NCBI GenBank assembly: GCA_040756875.1
Contig: JBFLYH010000002.1
Location: 190,526 to 254,525, forward strand
Length of the DNA stretch: 64,000 nt
Source: a candidate division FCPU426 bacterium
GTDB lineage: Bacteria; Oederibacteriota; JAAXVQ01; JAUVAV01
Reading direction: 5' to 3'
Shown: piece by piece, positions 55,092 to 64,000 of the stretch
Layout: every line of letters starts with the position of its first letter
How positions within the stretch are numbered: position 1 is the stretch's first letter
The notes under the pieces: generated by a model
Told to the model about the DNA's origin: nothing
Seen by the model: only the letters and a program-made list of their open reading frames with translations
Database searches by the model: none
Made by a program: the position numbers and the translations under genes

Positions 55092-57590
55092 TCAAGCCTG
55101 CCACTCCTGCAGCATCTGGCCGTAGCGCAGGGCCAGCTGCTGGGACTGTTCGAGGTTCACGCCTTCGGCGTTGACGTGGAATATCGGTTTGTCCGCATCC
55201 GGGATGATGATCACCCAGGCGCGGCCGTGCCACACCTTGACGCCGTCGATGAGCTCCACCTTTTCCTTGCGCGTGTGCTCGATCAGGCGGCGCATGATGG
55301 AGCCTTTTTTCTCCCAGCCGCAGGGCACGTGGGTCCGCACCAGGTGGATGGGCGGAATCTGGTTGATGAGCGCGGACAGCGGCTCGCCGGCCGCGGCCAG
55401 GCATTCCAGCAGTTTGGCCGTGGCCATCATGGCGTCGAAAGCCGGCTGGAACTGAGGGAACACGTATCCGCCCTTGGATTCGCCCACGAACTCCACGGGC
55501 AGGCTGGCCGCGGCCTCGAGCATGGAGGCATACTGGGTCTTGATTTTGGTTATCGTGCACCCGTGCTTCTCGGCCATGTCCTCGATGACGCGGGTGGCGG
55601 AAATCGGCACGGCCAGCTTGCTGCCGGGCTTGGCCTTCATGACCAGGAGCGCCATGAGCGCTAGCGCCTTGTCGCCGTCCAGCACGCGCCCCTCGTTGTC
55701 AGCGATCGAGATTTTTTGCGCGCCCGCGTCCAGCATGACGCCCACGTGCGCGTGGAGGGTGCCCACGATCTCGCCCAGCCGCTTCAGCGACTGGTTCAGC
55801 TCCTCGGGCGAGCGCGTCAGGCGCGTGCCGTCGGGATAGGAGTTGAGCGCCACCACCTCGCAGTTCAGATCGCCCAGCACCTGCGGGAAAATGCCGACCG
55901 CGCTGCCCCAGGCGTAGTCGATCACCAGTTTGAAGCGGGCGTTGCGGATCCGTTCCCGGTCCAGCACGCGGCCGAAGCCTTCCTGGTAGTATTCCAGCGC
56001 GCGCTGCGGGAACATGATCTCGCCGGCTTCCTCCATGTCCGCCCGGGGGAAATCCTCGCGGAAGAACAGGTTTTCCACGCCCTTTTCCTTGGCGCTCGAC
56101 AGTTCCTTGCCCTGGGCGTCGAAAAACTTCACGTCCATGAGCTTGGCGTTGTAGGGCGATTTGCGCACGTGGAAGCCGCCGGCCACGTTCAGGGCGCGGA
56201 TCGCGTAACGCGCCACGGGCACCGGCACCACGCGCATGTCGTACACATTCACCCCGACCGAGGCCAGGCCGGTCATGATGGCGCGGTCGATGATGCGGGA
56301 GCTCTTGTGGTTGTCGCGGCTGGAGACGACGTAATCGCCCTTGCGCAGCGAGGCGCCGAAGGCCGCGCCCAGTTTGGCGGCGAATTCGGGGGTGAGTTCG
56401 ATGTTGCCCAGGCCCGAGACGCCGTAGGAATCGAAGATGTGCCGGGACCAGCGTTCGCCCCAGATCAGGGAGGTCGACAAGGTGGTGCCGTCCTCGATGA
56501 CCTTGTAGGGCCAGACCTTGACCTCGGCTTTGACCGTGGCGTCCTCGCCGATGGTGCAGTGGTCCGCGACCACCGCGCCCACGCCCAGATAGGTGCGGGC
56601 GCCGATCTGGCAGTCGTTGGCGACCGTCACTTCCTTGAGATTGGCGCCGTTGCCGATGGATACGTTGTCCCACACCACGGAGCCGATGATTTTGGAGCTT
56701 TCACCCACGCGGCAGGAGCCGCCGAGAACCGAGCCGGACAGCCGCACGTTGGGTCCGATCCAGCAGTGCTCGCCCAGCACCACGCCGTCCTGCAGTTCGG
56801 CCGTAGGGTCGATGTAACAGCCCGCGCCGATCCAATTGCCGTTTTGCCACTCGCCCCGGCCGGGGTTGACCCAGTCCCGGCCCTGGCGCAGGGCGTCGAA
56901 GTGCGCCTGGCGGTACTCGGTCAGGTTGCCGACGTCCTTCCAGTAGCAGTTCTCCGCGATGTAGCCGTAGAGCGGCGCTTGGTCGGCCAGCATCTGGGGA
57001 AAGAGCTGCTTGCCGAAGTCGAACTCCTCGTCCGCCGGGATCCGTTCCAGGGCCTCGGGCTCCAGGATGTAGATGCCGGTGTTGATGGTGTCGGAGAACA
57101 CCTCGCCCCAGCTCGGCTTCTCCAGAAAGCGCGCGATGCGGCCGTCCTCGCGGGTGATGACCACGCCGAAGGCCAGGGGGTTCTCCACCCGGCTCAAAAC
57201 CAGCGTGGCCTGCGACTTGTTGCGGCGGTGGAATTTCACGGCCTCGGTCAGATTGATGTTGGTCAACACGTCGCCGGAAATGACCAGGAAGGGTTCATTG
57301 CCGAGCAGGGCCGCGCCCTTTTTCACGCAGCCGGCGGTGCCCAGGTCAGAATCCGGCAGCAGGTACTTGATCTTCAGGCCGCGCGAAGCGCCGTCCTGGA
57401 AGTGGTCCTGAATGACTTCCGGCTGGAAATACAGCGCGACCACCAGTTCCTCGAAGCCGTGCCGTTTGAGCAGCTGGAAGATGTGCTCCAGCATCGGCTG
57501 GTTCAGCATCGGGACCATCGGTTTGGGCAGGTTGCAGGTCAGCGGCCGCAGCCGCGTGCCGAACCCGCCGGCCATCACCATGGCTTTCAT
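55092..57590 (-). CDS. mannose-1-phosphate guanylyltransferase with hexapeptide repeats and PMM-like domain
   Basis: MAGGFGTRLRPLT..PKP, FLEKP, W.DVG, LbH repeats, then phosphohexomutase-like domains. Confidence 0.9.
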   Translation of the reverse strand: MKAMVMAGGFGTRLRPLTCNLPKPMVPMLNQPMLEHIFQLLKRHGFEELVVALYFQPEVIQDHFQDGASRGLKIKYLLPDSDLGTAGCVKKGAALLGNEPFLVISGDVLTNINLTEAVKFHRRNKSQATLVLSRVENPLAFGVVITREDGRIARFLEKPSWGEVFSDTINTGIYILEPEALERIPADEEFDFGKQLFPQMLADQAPLYGYIAENCYWKDVGNLTEYRQAHFDALRQGRDWVNPGRGEWQNGNWIGAGCYIDPTAELQDGVVLGEHCWIGPNVRLSGSVLGGSCRVGESSKIIGSVVWDNVSIGNGANLKEVTVANDCQIGARTYLGVGAVVADHCTIGEDATVKAEVKVWPYKVIEDGTTLSTSLIWGERWSRHIFDSYGVSGLGNIELTPEFAAKLGAAFGASLRKGDYVVSSRDNHKSSRIIDRAIMTGLASVGVNVYDMRVVPVPVARYAIRALNVAGGFHVRKSPYNAKLMDVKFFDAQGKELSSAKEKGVENLFFREDFPRADMEEAGEIMFPQRALEYYQEGFGRVLDRERIRNARFKLVIDYAWGSAVGIFPQVLGDLNCEVVALNSYPDGTRLTRSPEELNQSLKRLGEIVGTLHAHVGVMLDAGAQKISIADNEGRVLDGDKALALMALLVMKAKPGSKLAVPISATRVIEDMAEKHGCTITKIKTQYASMLEAAASLPVEFVGESKGGYVFPQFQPAFDAMMATAKLLECLAAAGEPLSALINQIPPIHLVRTHVPCGWEKKGSIMRRLIEHTRKEKVELIDGVKVWHGRAWVIIIPDADKPIFHVNAEGVNLEQSQQLALRYGQMLQEWQA

Positions 57591-57633
57591 GCGTCGGGGC
57601 TCCTTACTATATCTTTGAGTATTTTATTTATGC

Positions 57634-57717
57634 TGTCATTGCGAGCTCCACGAAGCAATCTTTTTTCTCAATCGAGATTGCTTCGTCGTTCCAACCCCCG
57701 GAACTCCTCGCAATGAC
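57634..57717. repeat. GTCATTGCGA-type palindromic element
   Basis: tgtcattgcgag..gaagcaatc..gattgcttcg..ctcgcaatgac. Confidence 0.85.
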
Positions 57718-57728
57718 CACGCACAGAA

Positions 57729-60356
57729 TTATTTAAATATATTCTGAAGGTTCAGCTTCTTCAACTGTTCTTTGGCCTTCTCCAGCTCCTTGGCCGCGTT
57801 GTCTTTAACTTCCTGCGCGGACTTGCCCTTTTGCTGCTCCACGTACGAGTTGATCTTCTGCTGGGCTTCCTGGGCCGCGGCCTGGCTCTTCTTCTGCACG
57901 TACGACCCGGCCTGGCCCTTGATCCAGTCCCAGTCCGGTTTCACGTCCGGTTTGGACACCGGCCCGTTCAGGCGCGCGGGCACGGTCACCCAGCCCTTTT
58001 CGTCCTTCAGCACCTCGGCGTAGCGGCTGAGCTCGGGCGACAGGGTTTGCGCGGCCCGGGGATGCAGGCGGGGCTGCAGCTTGAAGTCGCGGAAGGCGGC
58101 CGCGAAAGTGACGGTGCCGTTCGCGGTCAGGCGCAGGTCGCCTCCCTCGCCCGTGGGCCCGGATTCGGCGACAAAACGGTTGACCGTGACCACCTGCTTG
58201 GCGAGGGTGAAATCCAGGTCCGCGCGCTCGAAGGGAATGTCCTGCTTGAATTTTTCGGACCCGAACCATTGCGCGAGCTGGTCCTGGAAGTCGAATTTGC
58301 GGATGCGGCCGTCCCGGAGCTCGAAGCGCCCCTTGCCGGCCAGGTTGGGCCGGGCCTGGGCCCGGCGGATGCCGCGTCCCGAAAGGTCCAGCGTGCCGCT
58401 CAGGCGGCCGGCGAACTTGTCCTTCAGTTCGGCGAGCAATTCGGGTTTCTTGAGCTTGGCCGCGACGAAGGTGTCCAGCAAGTCGTTGAGCATGGGTTCC
58501 AGGTCCACGCGCTCCGTGCGGACGGACACCGCGTAACCCAGCAGGGCCGAGGCGGCGTCCAGCCGGGTTTCGTGCTTCAGGCTGCCGTCATACCCCTTGA
58601 CCGAGCCCTTCAGGGTCAGCACGCGGTCTTTGAGCTTTTCCTCGAGGTCCACGGCACCCAGCTTGACATTCCCGAACCGCACGCCGTCGAGCTGCGCGCG
58701 GCCCGACACGTCCAGGCGGGCGGGAAAAAAAGCGCGGGCATCCGGTTCCGGCGCTTCCTCTTCCGCGGTCGCAGCGGCCGGCGTGGTGCCCGCGGCCGCG
58801 GCGCGACTGGGCACGAGGGCGAGCAGGGCGTCCACGTCCAGCACCTTGCCGGACAGGGTCCACTGAACTTTGGCCGCGAGGTTGCCGGGCTTGAGCGTGT
58901 CCGGTTCGCGCAGGTCGAATTTTTCCGCGTGCAGAGTGGCGGTCAGGGCCTGGCCGGCCACTTGCGCGGACAGCCGGGAAATCTTCAATTGCGTGGGTCT
59001 GAGGCTGACTTGGGCGTCGAGCCGCTCCAGCAAGGCCTTGTCCCCGGCCCGCACGCTAATATCCTTGGCCTGCGCTTCCGCGGAAAAATCCATCTGCCTG
59101 GGCGAGGCCAGCGGCCCCCGCGCGTGCGCCTCCAGGCTGATGTGCCCGCTGGGCGCGGGCAGCCCCTCGGCCAGGAACTTCTGCAGACCGGCCAGATCCA
59201 CGGTCCCGTTCCAGGTTGCATCCACGGCCCGCTCGCCGGCCAGGTCGTCCAGCGCCAACGCCAGCTCGGCCCGGATGCCTTCGCCCTGCAGCGTCCGTTT
59301 GGTCTTCAGGCGCCCGGCCTGCAATTCCGCGGTTCCCTTGAGGGCCAGCAGCAGGCTGAGGCTGTCGCGCTGGATGGTCAGGCGGGAGTCGTCGGCCACG
59401 TCCACTTTCAGCTCGGTCCAGGGAGCGGCCGGGCCGTTGCAGTTGAAGGTCAGGTTCGTGGCGCCGGCCAGCCGCATTCCGGGAGGCAGCTTGTCCGCAA
59501 CCTCGGCGGGCAGCAGGTCCTTCTGCACGGCCGCCCAGTCCACGTCCAGTTTCCCGGACACGTGCACCTGCGGGGCGCTCAGCGCCTGATCCACCGTGCC
59601 GGCGGCGGCCAGGTTCGCGCCCGGCAGGCGGATCTCCGCCTGGTCGAGCCGGAACGCGGCTTCGGCATAGTTGAAGCGCCAGATCAGTTTCGCTTCCACG
59701 GGATAGCGCCGGTCCAGGGCCAGGACTGCGGCCTTCAGTTCCACGGTCACGGGGGTCAGGCCGGCCAGGGTCAGGTTGGAGACCGAAAGATTCATATCGG
59801 AAACACGGTATTCCGTGGCCTGGTCGCGGAAAGTCAAATCAGCGCCAACCAGCGAGAATTCAGAAACCAGCAATTCCACGGGGAGCTTGGCCGGCAGCGA
59901 ACGCGCGGCCGGGGTGGCGGGTTCGGCGTCCGGCCGGCGGGAGGAAATCCAGTCGGAAATGTTCATTTGCCCGTCGCGCCGCCGTTCCACCAGCAAGCGG
60001 GGCTTTTCGAAACGGATGCTTTTCAAAACCACGCGGCCCAGCAGGAGGGGCCACAGGCGGTACTGCACGCTGACCACGTCGTCCGTGAAAAAGGGGTCCT
60101 GGGAGAACCCCGGCGCATTGTCGATGCGGAGGTCGCGGATTTCAAATCCGCGCCAGACCTGGAAGCCCACGCGGCCGATGGTGACGCGGCGTTTGACGGC
60201 CGCGGAGATTTTCTCCTCGGCCTGGGTTTTGACGCGGTCCCAGGGAATGAACCGGGGAATGACCAGCGCGGCCGCGACCGCCAGAACCGCCAGGCCGACC
60301 AACAGCACCAGGCCCCGGCGCCACCAGCCGCCTGTGCGCTTCTCCTTGGAGGCCAT
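57729..60356 (-). CDS. AsmA family protein
   Basis: N-terminal TM, L.PLL.G.V....I..P.L..ER..DG..N, C-terminal G.GRF.L.DG and V....GP...P. Confidence 0.8.
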   Translation of the reverse strand: MASKEKRTGGWWRRGLVLLVGLAVLAVAAALVIPRFIPWDRVKTQAEEKISAAVKRRVTIGRVGFQVWRGFEIRDLRIDNAPGFSQDPFFTDDVVSVQYRLWPLLLGRVVLKSIRFEKPRLLVERRRDGQMNISDWISSRRPDAEPATPAARSLPAKLPVELLVSEFSLVGADLTFRDQATEYRVSDMNLSVSNLTLAGLTPVTVELKAAVLALDRRYPVEAKLIWRFNYAEAAFRLDQAEIRLPGANLAAAGTVDQALSAPQVHVSGKLDVDWAAVQKDLLPAEVADKLPPGMRLAGATNLTFNCNGPAAPWTELKVDVADDSRLTIQRDSLSLLLALKGTAELQAGRLKTKRTLQGEGIRAELALALDDLAGERAVDATWNGTVDLAGLQKFLAEGLPAPSGHISLEAHARGPLASPRQMDFSAEAQAKDISVRAGDKALLERLDAQVSLRPTQLKISRLSAQVAGQALTATLHAEKFDLREPDTLKPGNLAAKVQWTLSGKVLDVDALLALVPSRAAAAGTTPAAATAEEEAPEPDARAFFPARLDVSGRAQLDGVRFGNVKLGAVDLEEKLKDRVLTLKGSVKGYDGSLKHETRLDAASALLGYAVSVRTERVDLEPMLNDLLDTFVAAKLKKPELLAELKDKFAGRLSGTLDLSGRGIRRAQARPNLAGKGRFELRDGRIRKFDFQDQLAQWFGSEKFKQDIPFERADLDFTLAKQVVTVNRFVAESGPTGEGGDLRLTANGTVTFAAAFRDFKLQPRLHPRAAQTLSPELSRYAEVLKDEKGWVTVPARLNGPVSKPDVKPDWDWIKGQAGSYVQKKSQAAAQEAQQKINSYVEQQKGKSAQEVKDNAAKELEKAKEQLKKLNLQNIFK

Positions 60357-60363
60357 GCGCGTT

Positions 60364-61452
60364 TCAGCCCCGCTTGCCGGCCGAACCGCTGCCCGCGCCG
60401 GCCGTGGCACGCGCACGCGCGGGTTCGGACTCCTCGGCCTGGGGTTTGGCGGGTTCTGCACCCCGGGGCGGCATCAGTTTCTCGCGCAGCGCCTTCTCCA
60501 GCGTCTGCATGATCTCGCGGTTTTCCTTGAGGAAGGCTTTCGCAGCTTCGCGGCCCTGGCCGATGCGCTGGCCCTGGTAGGCAAACCAGGCGCCGCTCTT
60601 TTCGACCAGATTGTGCTCCACGCCCAAATCCAGGATGTCGCCCTCCTTGGAAATGCCCTCGCCGAAGAGAATGTCGAAGTTCGCCAGGCCGAAGGGAGGA
60701 GCGACCTTGTTCTTCACCACCTTGACTTTGACGCGGTTGCCGATCGCCTCATCCCCGCGCTTGAGGGTTTCCGTGCGGCGGATGTCCAGGCGCAGGCTGG
60801 CGTAAAACTTGAGGGCCCGGCCGCCGGGCGTGGTTTCCGGGTTGCCGAACATGACGCCGATTTTCTCGCGCAGCTGGTTGATGAAGATCACCGCGGTGTT
60901 GGAGCGGCTGCTGATGGCGGTCAGCTTGCGCAACGCCTGGGACATCAGGCGCGCCTGCAGGCCCACGTGGGCGTCGCCCATTTCGCCTTCGATTTCAGCG
61001 CGGGGTACCAGCGCGGCCACGGAGTCGATGACGATGATGTCGACCGCGCCGGACCGGACCAGCGTTTCGGCGATATCCAAGGCCTGTTCCCCGGAATCGG
61101 GCTGGGAAATGAGCAGGTTGTCGATGTCCACGCCGATCTTGCGCGCATACTCCGGGTCCAGGGCGTGTTCCGCGTCGATAAAGGCCGCGTTGCCGCCCGC
61201 TTTCTGCAGTTCGGCGATGATGTGCTGGGCCAGGGTGGTTTTGCCGGACGATTCGGGGCCGAAGAGCTCCACGATGCGGCCGCGGGGAATGCCGCCCACG
61301 CCGATCGCGATGTCCAGGGACACCGAGCCCGTGGGAATCGCGGCCACGTCCTGCACCGGCCGCTCGCTGAATTTCATGATCGTACCCTTGCCGAATTGCT
61401 TTTCAATCTGGGAAATGGCCTGTTCCAATGCTTTAAGTTTTTCGTTCGACAT
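60364..61452 (-). CDS. recA: recombinase A
   Basis: [39 protein letters not shown]. Confidence 0.98.
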   Translation of the reverse strand: MSNEKLKALEQAISQIEKQFGKGTIMKFSERPVQDVAAIPTGSVSLDIAIGVGGIPRGRIVELFGPESSGKTTLAQHIIAELQKAGGNAAFIDAEHALDPEYARKIGVDIDNLLISQPDSGEQALDIAETLVRSGAVDIIVIDSVAALVPRAEIEGEMGDAHVGLQARLMSQALRKLTAISSRSNTAVIFINQLREKIGVMFGNPETTPGGRALKFYASLRLDIRRTETLKRGDEAIGNRVKVKVVKNKVAPPFGLANFDILFGEGISKEGDILDLGVEHNLVEKSGAWFAYQGQRIGQGREAAKAFLKENREIMQTLEKALREKLMPPRGAEPAKPQAEESEPARARATAGAGSGSAGKRG

Positions 61453-61537
61453 GTTTCGATCCTCCAGAGGTCGGGTTCCGGTATCCATGCGGCTGGGCAA
61501 GGGAAAGGGGGAGAAATGCGCCGGCCGGATTCACAGA

Positions 61538-61599
61538 AAAACACTTGTATTAAAAGCGTTTTCAGGCGCGATTCTAGCACGGCCCAGAACCGGTGTCAA
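61538..61599 (-). promoter_or_regulatory. recA promoter and downstream palindrome
   Basis: TTGACA-N17-TAGAAT (61571-61599) with TG extension; AAAACACTT-N7-AAGCGTTTT at 61538-61562. Confidence 0.65.
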
Positions 61600-61703
61600 G
61601 GTCTTTCCCCCCGCGACTGCGGTCTAGCCGCATGGCAGCCGGGTTTGATATAATGCTTTGACCGTCTGATCCGGAATTTCATGCATCCAAAGGAGACCGC
61701 ATC

Positions 61704-62252
61704 ATGGCCATGACCAAAGCCGCAGGCCTCATCAATACCCGCAACCTTCTGCGCGCTAAAGGCGCGGGCGTGGAGCAGGCCATGCTGGCCCAACTGACGC
61801 CTCAGGAAGTGCGAATTTATCAGGACGCGCTCCCGGTCACCCAGCTGCCCATTGAACTGCTGTCCAAAGTGGCCGTGCTGTCCGCGCCTCTGCTCTTCCC
61901 TGGCCAGGGCCGCCTGGAAGCCCTGCTGTCCCTCGGCCGCGTCAGCGCCCTGAGCGACCTGAAGGGCATCTACAAGATTTTACTGAGGTTTACCACGCCG
62001 GAATTCGCCATGAAACAGGCTGCCCGCCTGTGGACGACCCTGCACACCCAGGGCGAAGCGCGTTGTTTTTCGGACGGCGAGAAACGCATCGTGTTCGAGG
62101 TGATGGGTTATCCGGACTTGCCGGAGCCGATGCGGCAGGTGCTGGGAGGATACATACTCGGCATGGCGGAACTGACCGGCATTCGCAACGCGCGGATCGC
62201 GCTGCAGGAGGAGAACCCCCGGGTGTGGCGTTGGGTCGTGACCTGGGGCTGA
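61704..62252 (+). CDS. hypothetical protein (possibly DUF2378/V4R-like)
   Basis: AAGGAG RBS; TGaTATAAT upstream; one of very few plus-strand genes; family assignment weak. Confidence 0.65.
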   Translation: MAMTKAAGLINTRNLLRAKGAGVEQAMLAQLTPQEVRIYQDALPVTQLPIELLSKVAVLSAPLLFPGQGRLEALLSLGRVSALSDLKGIYKILLRFTTPEFAMKQAARLWTTLHTQGEARCFSDGEKRIVFEVMGYPDLPEPMRQVLGGYILGMAELTGIRNARIALQEENPRVWRWVVTWG

Positions 62253-62256
62253 TCGT

Positions 62257-62640
62257 TCATGCTTTCGCGTCGAGCATCCGGTCCGCCTCCTCCAGGGTGG
62301 CGGCGACTTCCTGCGAGGCGGTGTAACCCGCCTCCTTGCCCTTCCGCTCGAACTGCATCCGGCTCAAAATGTTGCGCGCTTCCACAACCCGGATCACGCG
62401 GCCCACGCCCTGTTGCTGCAGGAAGCTCTGGGCCCGCTGGATATGGGCGGTCCCTTCTTCGCTGAACGGCTGGGCCTTGGAGATATCGTTGACCACGCTG
62501 AAGCCGGGTTTCATTTTGCGGGCCTGGACGATGACTTCATCAGCCGCGGATTTGGCTTCGGCTTCGCTGAAGAATCCCTCCAAAATCAGATACAGCCGGT
62601 TTTTCGCCTGATCCACCTTGACCGAATATTTTGCGCCCAT
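62257..62640 (-). CDS. hypothetical protein (STAS/SpoIIAA-like)
   Basis: KNRLY..L.GF....F.V.ND.S....G...V.RVV..ATLEEA; GGAGG RBS. Confidence 0.65.
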   Translation of the reverse strand: MGAKYSVKVDQAKNRLYLILEGFFSEAEAKSAADEVIVQARKMKPGFSVVNDISKAQPFSEEGTAHIQRAQSFLQQQGVGRVIRVVEARNILSRMQFERKGKEAGYTASQEVAATLEEADRMLDAKA

Positions 62641-62864
62641 GACCTGGCCCGCCTCCGTCCTGTCGAATGGAAAGTGGTAACGACTGACTTTACAAAGTAA
62701 AAGTATACTCTAAAAATCCCGCTTTTCCAGAAATTCGGGGAATAAAGACGTTTTTCTTACAGGTAGGAATCCTGCTGGGCGAGATAATTTTTAACGTAAT
62801 CCTCCACGCCCGCTTCCAGGGTGTGGAACGGGCGGTCGTAGCCCGTGCAAAGGGTAGGTTTTCG

Positions 62865-63998
62865 TCAGAAGTTTCCTCTTCCCGAGGGTACATCGGGATT
62901 GCTGCGGCTCACATCGTAGCCTTTAAAGCGCCCCAGCCCGGCAGGGAGATTAAAGACCCGCCCGTTTTCCCGGACCAGCAACCGGTCTCCCATGCGGGTG
63001 ATATTCTGAACCCCCAAGGCGCCTTTCAGCATCTCCTGCCCGAGTGCCTGGCCGGCGCTCGGGCGAAAGCCCGGATGCTGAAACCCCGTTTTTCCCGACG
63101 CACCGACAGAAAACGCCGACCCAATGGGATAATGCATGCTCAACCAGGCTGCCCGTACGGTCAGCAGCGCTCCCGCCGTTTGCCCCCCGGCAGCTGCGAT
63201 GAGGTCGGTTTCCAGCGAGCCGTAGCCTGTGGCCGACGCTTTCCGGGAGGCGTATACCGCCACGGCCGAAAGGACATTGCTGTTGATCATGCTCCAGGTC
63301 TTCAAAACCATTTCCGCTTCGTAGCGGGATAACACGTCCGGCGCAGGCCGCATATAGTATTCCAGAACGTCCGGCGAGGGTCCCAGATAAATCCCTTCCT
63401 GCGATTCGGAAACCGTCCCAGGATCAGGTCCCGAAGAAACCACTGGCTGCGGGGGCCCCTCCAGGCTGCCGGCGAAGCCGTACCCACAGGACGCGTCGTC
63501 ATAACTCATGCCGCCGTTCTGTTTATATATTTTATCCACGAGGTTCGCCCACAGAAGGTAATCCAAAACCATCATGATGGCGTCATACCCGCTCAAATAA
63601 ACCGGCGCCAGGGCGGGATCGACCGCCTCTCCCGCCTGGGCGTCCCCGATTTCTTCCGTGGGAGCCAAGCCGGTGGCATCTAAATAAGCGGCCGGATTGT
63701 TATTGGCATAGGTATATAAATTCAAGCCGGCCTTGACCCCGGCCGGGTCCCGCTGCAGAAACCGTCCCAGCGAAGACGAATAGCTGCGCGTCCGGGAATG
63801 GTAAAGCGGTACGCCCGGTGTGTGCCACATGCCGGCGAACCCCGCGTTAAAGGGGCTGGCCTCCCATTCGCCGCCTTCGGGCGCCCCAAAGGGACGATAG
63901 GTGGGCGAGCAGCGAATGCCACCCGTCCGGTCCGACAGTACGCGCAACGAATTCAGGCGGTCATGGGTCAGCCAATAAGGTTCGTCGCCGTCCCATGC
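62865..63998 (-). CDS. Rhs-repeat-associated core protein, 5'-truncated by the window, with variable C-terminal extension
   Basis: Frame open to the window edge: HDRLNSLR..Y.PFG..F.G...LYH...R.Y....GRFLQRDP..NLY.YA.NNP...D.TG. Confidence 0.9.
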   Translation of the reverse strand, partial: AWDGDEPYWLTHDRLNSLRVLSDRTGGIRCSPTYRPFGAPEGGEWEASPFNAGFAGMWHTPGVPLYHSRTRSYSSSLGRFLQRDPAGVKAGLNLYTYANNNPAAYLDATGLAPTEEIGDAQAGEAVDPALAPVYLSGYDAIMMVLDYLLWANLVDKIYKQNGGMSYDDASCGYGFAGSLEGPPQPVVSSGPDPGTVSESQEGIYLGPSPDVLEYYMRPAPDVLSRYEAEMVLKTWSMINSNVLSAVAVYASRKASATGYGSLETDLIAAAGGQTAGALLTVRAAWLSMHYPIGSAFSVGASGKTGFQHPGFRPSAGQALGQEMLKGALGVQNITRMGDRLLVRENGRVFNLPAGLGRFKGYDVSRSNPDVPSGRGNF

Positions 63999-64000
63999 TT

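Noticed and set aside
14778-61653. Very long plus-strand ORFs (e.g. 17286-19874, 34234-36576, 47019-49670, 55716-57716, 57831-60512)
   Set aside because: Antisense shadows of well-supported minus-strand genes, expected from high-GC codon usage.
1-64000. tRNA, rRNA, known riboswitches, transposases
   Set aside because: None recognisable by eye; covariance-model searches were not possible, so small RNAs could have been missed.

Overview
Bacterial chromosomal segment with a GC-rich backbone and almost every gene on the minus strand. LolA, AsmA, a PorV-like/OmpA protein and Thr/Pro-linker proteins with YPNP/YPSP C-terminal domains indicate a diderm with a T9SS-like export route. This protein style resembles candidate division FCPU426, which is an inference only. 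In transcription order (right to left) the backbone is: a partial Rhs gene, recA, asmA-like, mannose-1-P guanylyltransferase, PGM/PMM, M16 peptidase, rnj-ftsK-lolA-rodZ-yajQ, rimO-pgsA-pgpA, pyk, PorV-OmpA, nnr, CBS protein, amidohydrolase, thiL, tsaE-tsaB-rimI, a degenerate apbE, and purB-purS-purQ-[glycosylation module]-purL-purF-purM. The left end holds the tail of a GH94 gene. Two AT-rich accessory islands interrupt this. The first (about 5.0-14.8 kb) carries BrnTA, a HigBA-like pair, DUF4238, FRG and a DUF5674 pair, and most of its genes up to about 11.9 kb are delimited by a recurring short GGGAC/GTCCC motif family, suggesting a non-integron cassette array. The second (about 42.7-45.7 kb) is a REP mosaic plus an XRE-Panacea/RelE-like pair bracketed by direct repeats. 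Intergenic DNA holds at least five families of palindromic or IS605-end-like elements. An unannotated stand-alone 15-aa Lys-rich ORF with its own terminator lies at 52117-52164. I saw no rRNA, tRNA, CRISPR array, integrase or transposase. All calls are by eye from motifs; no database searches were run.
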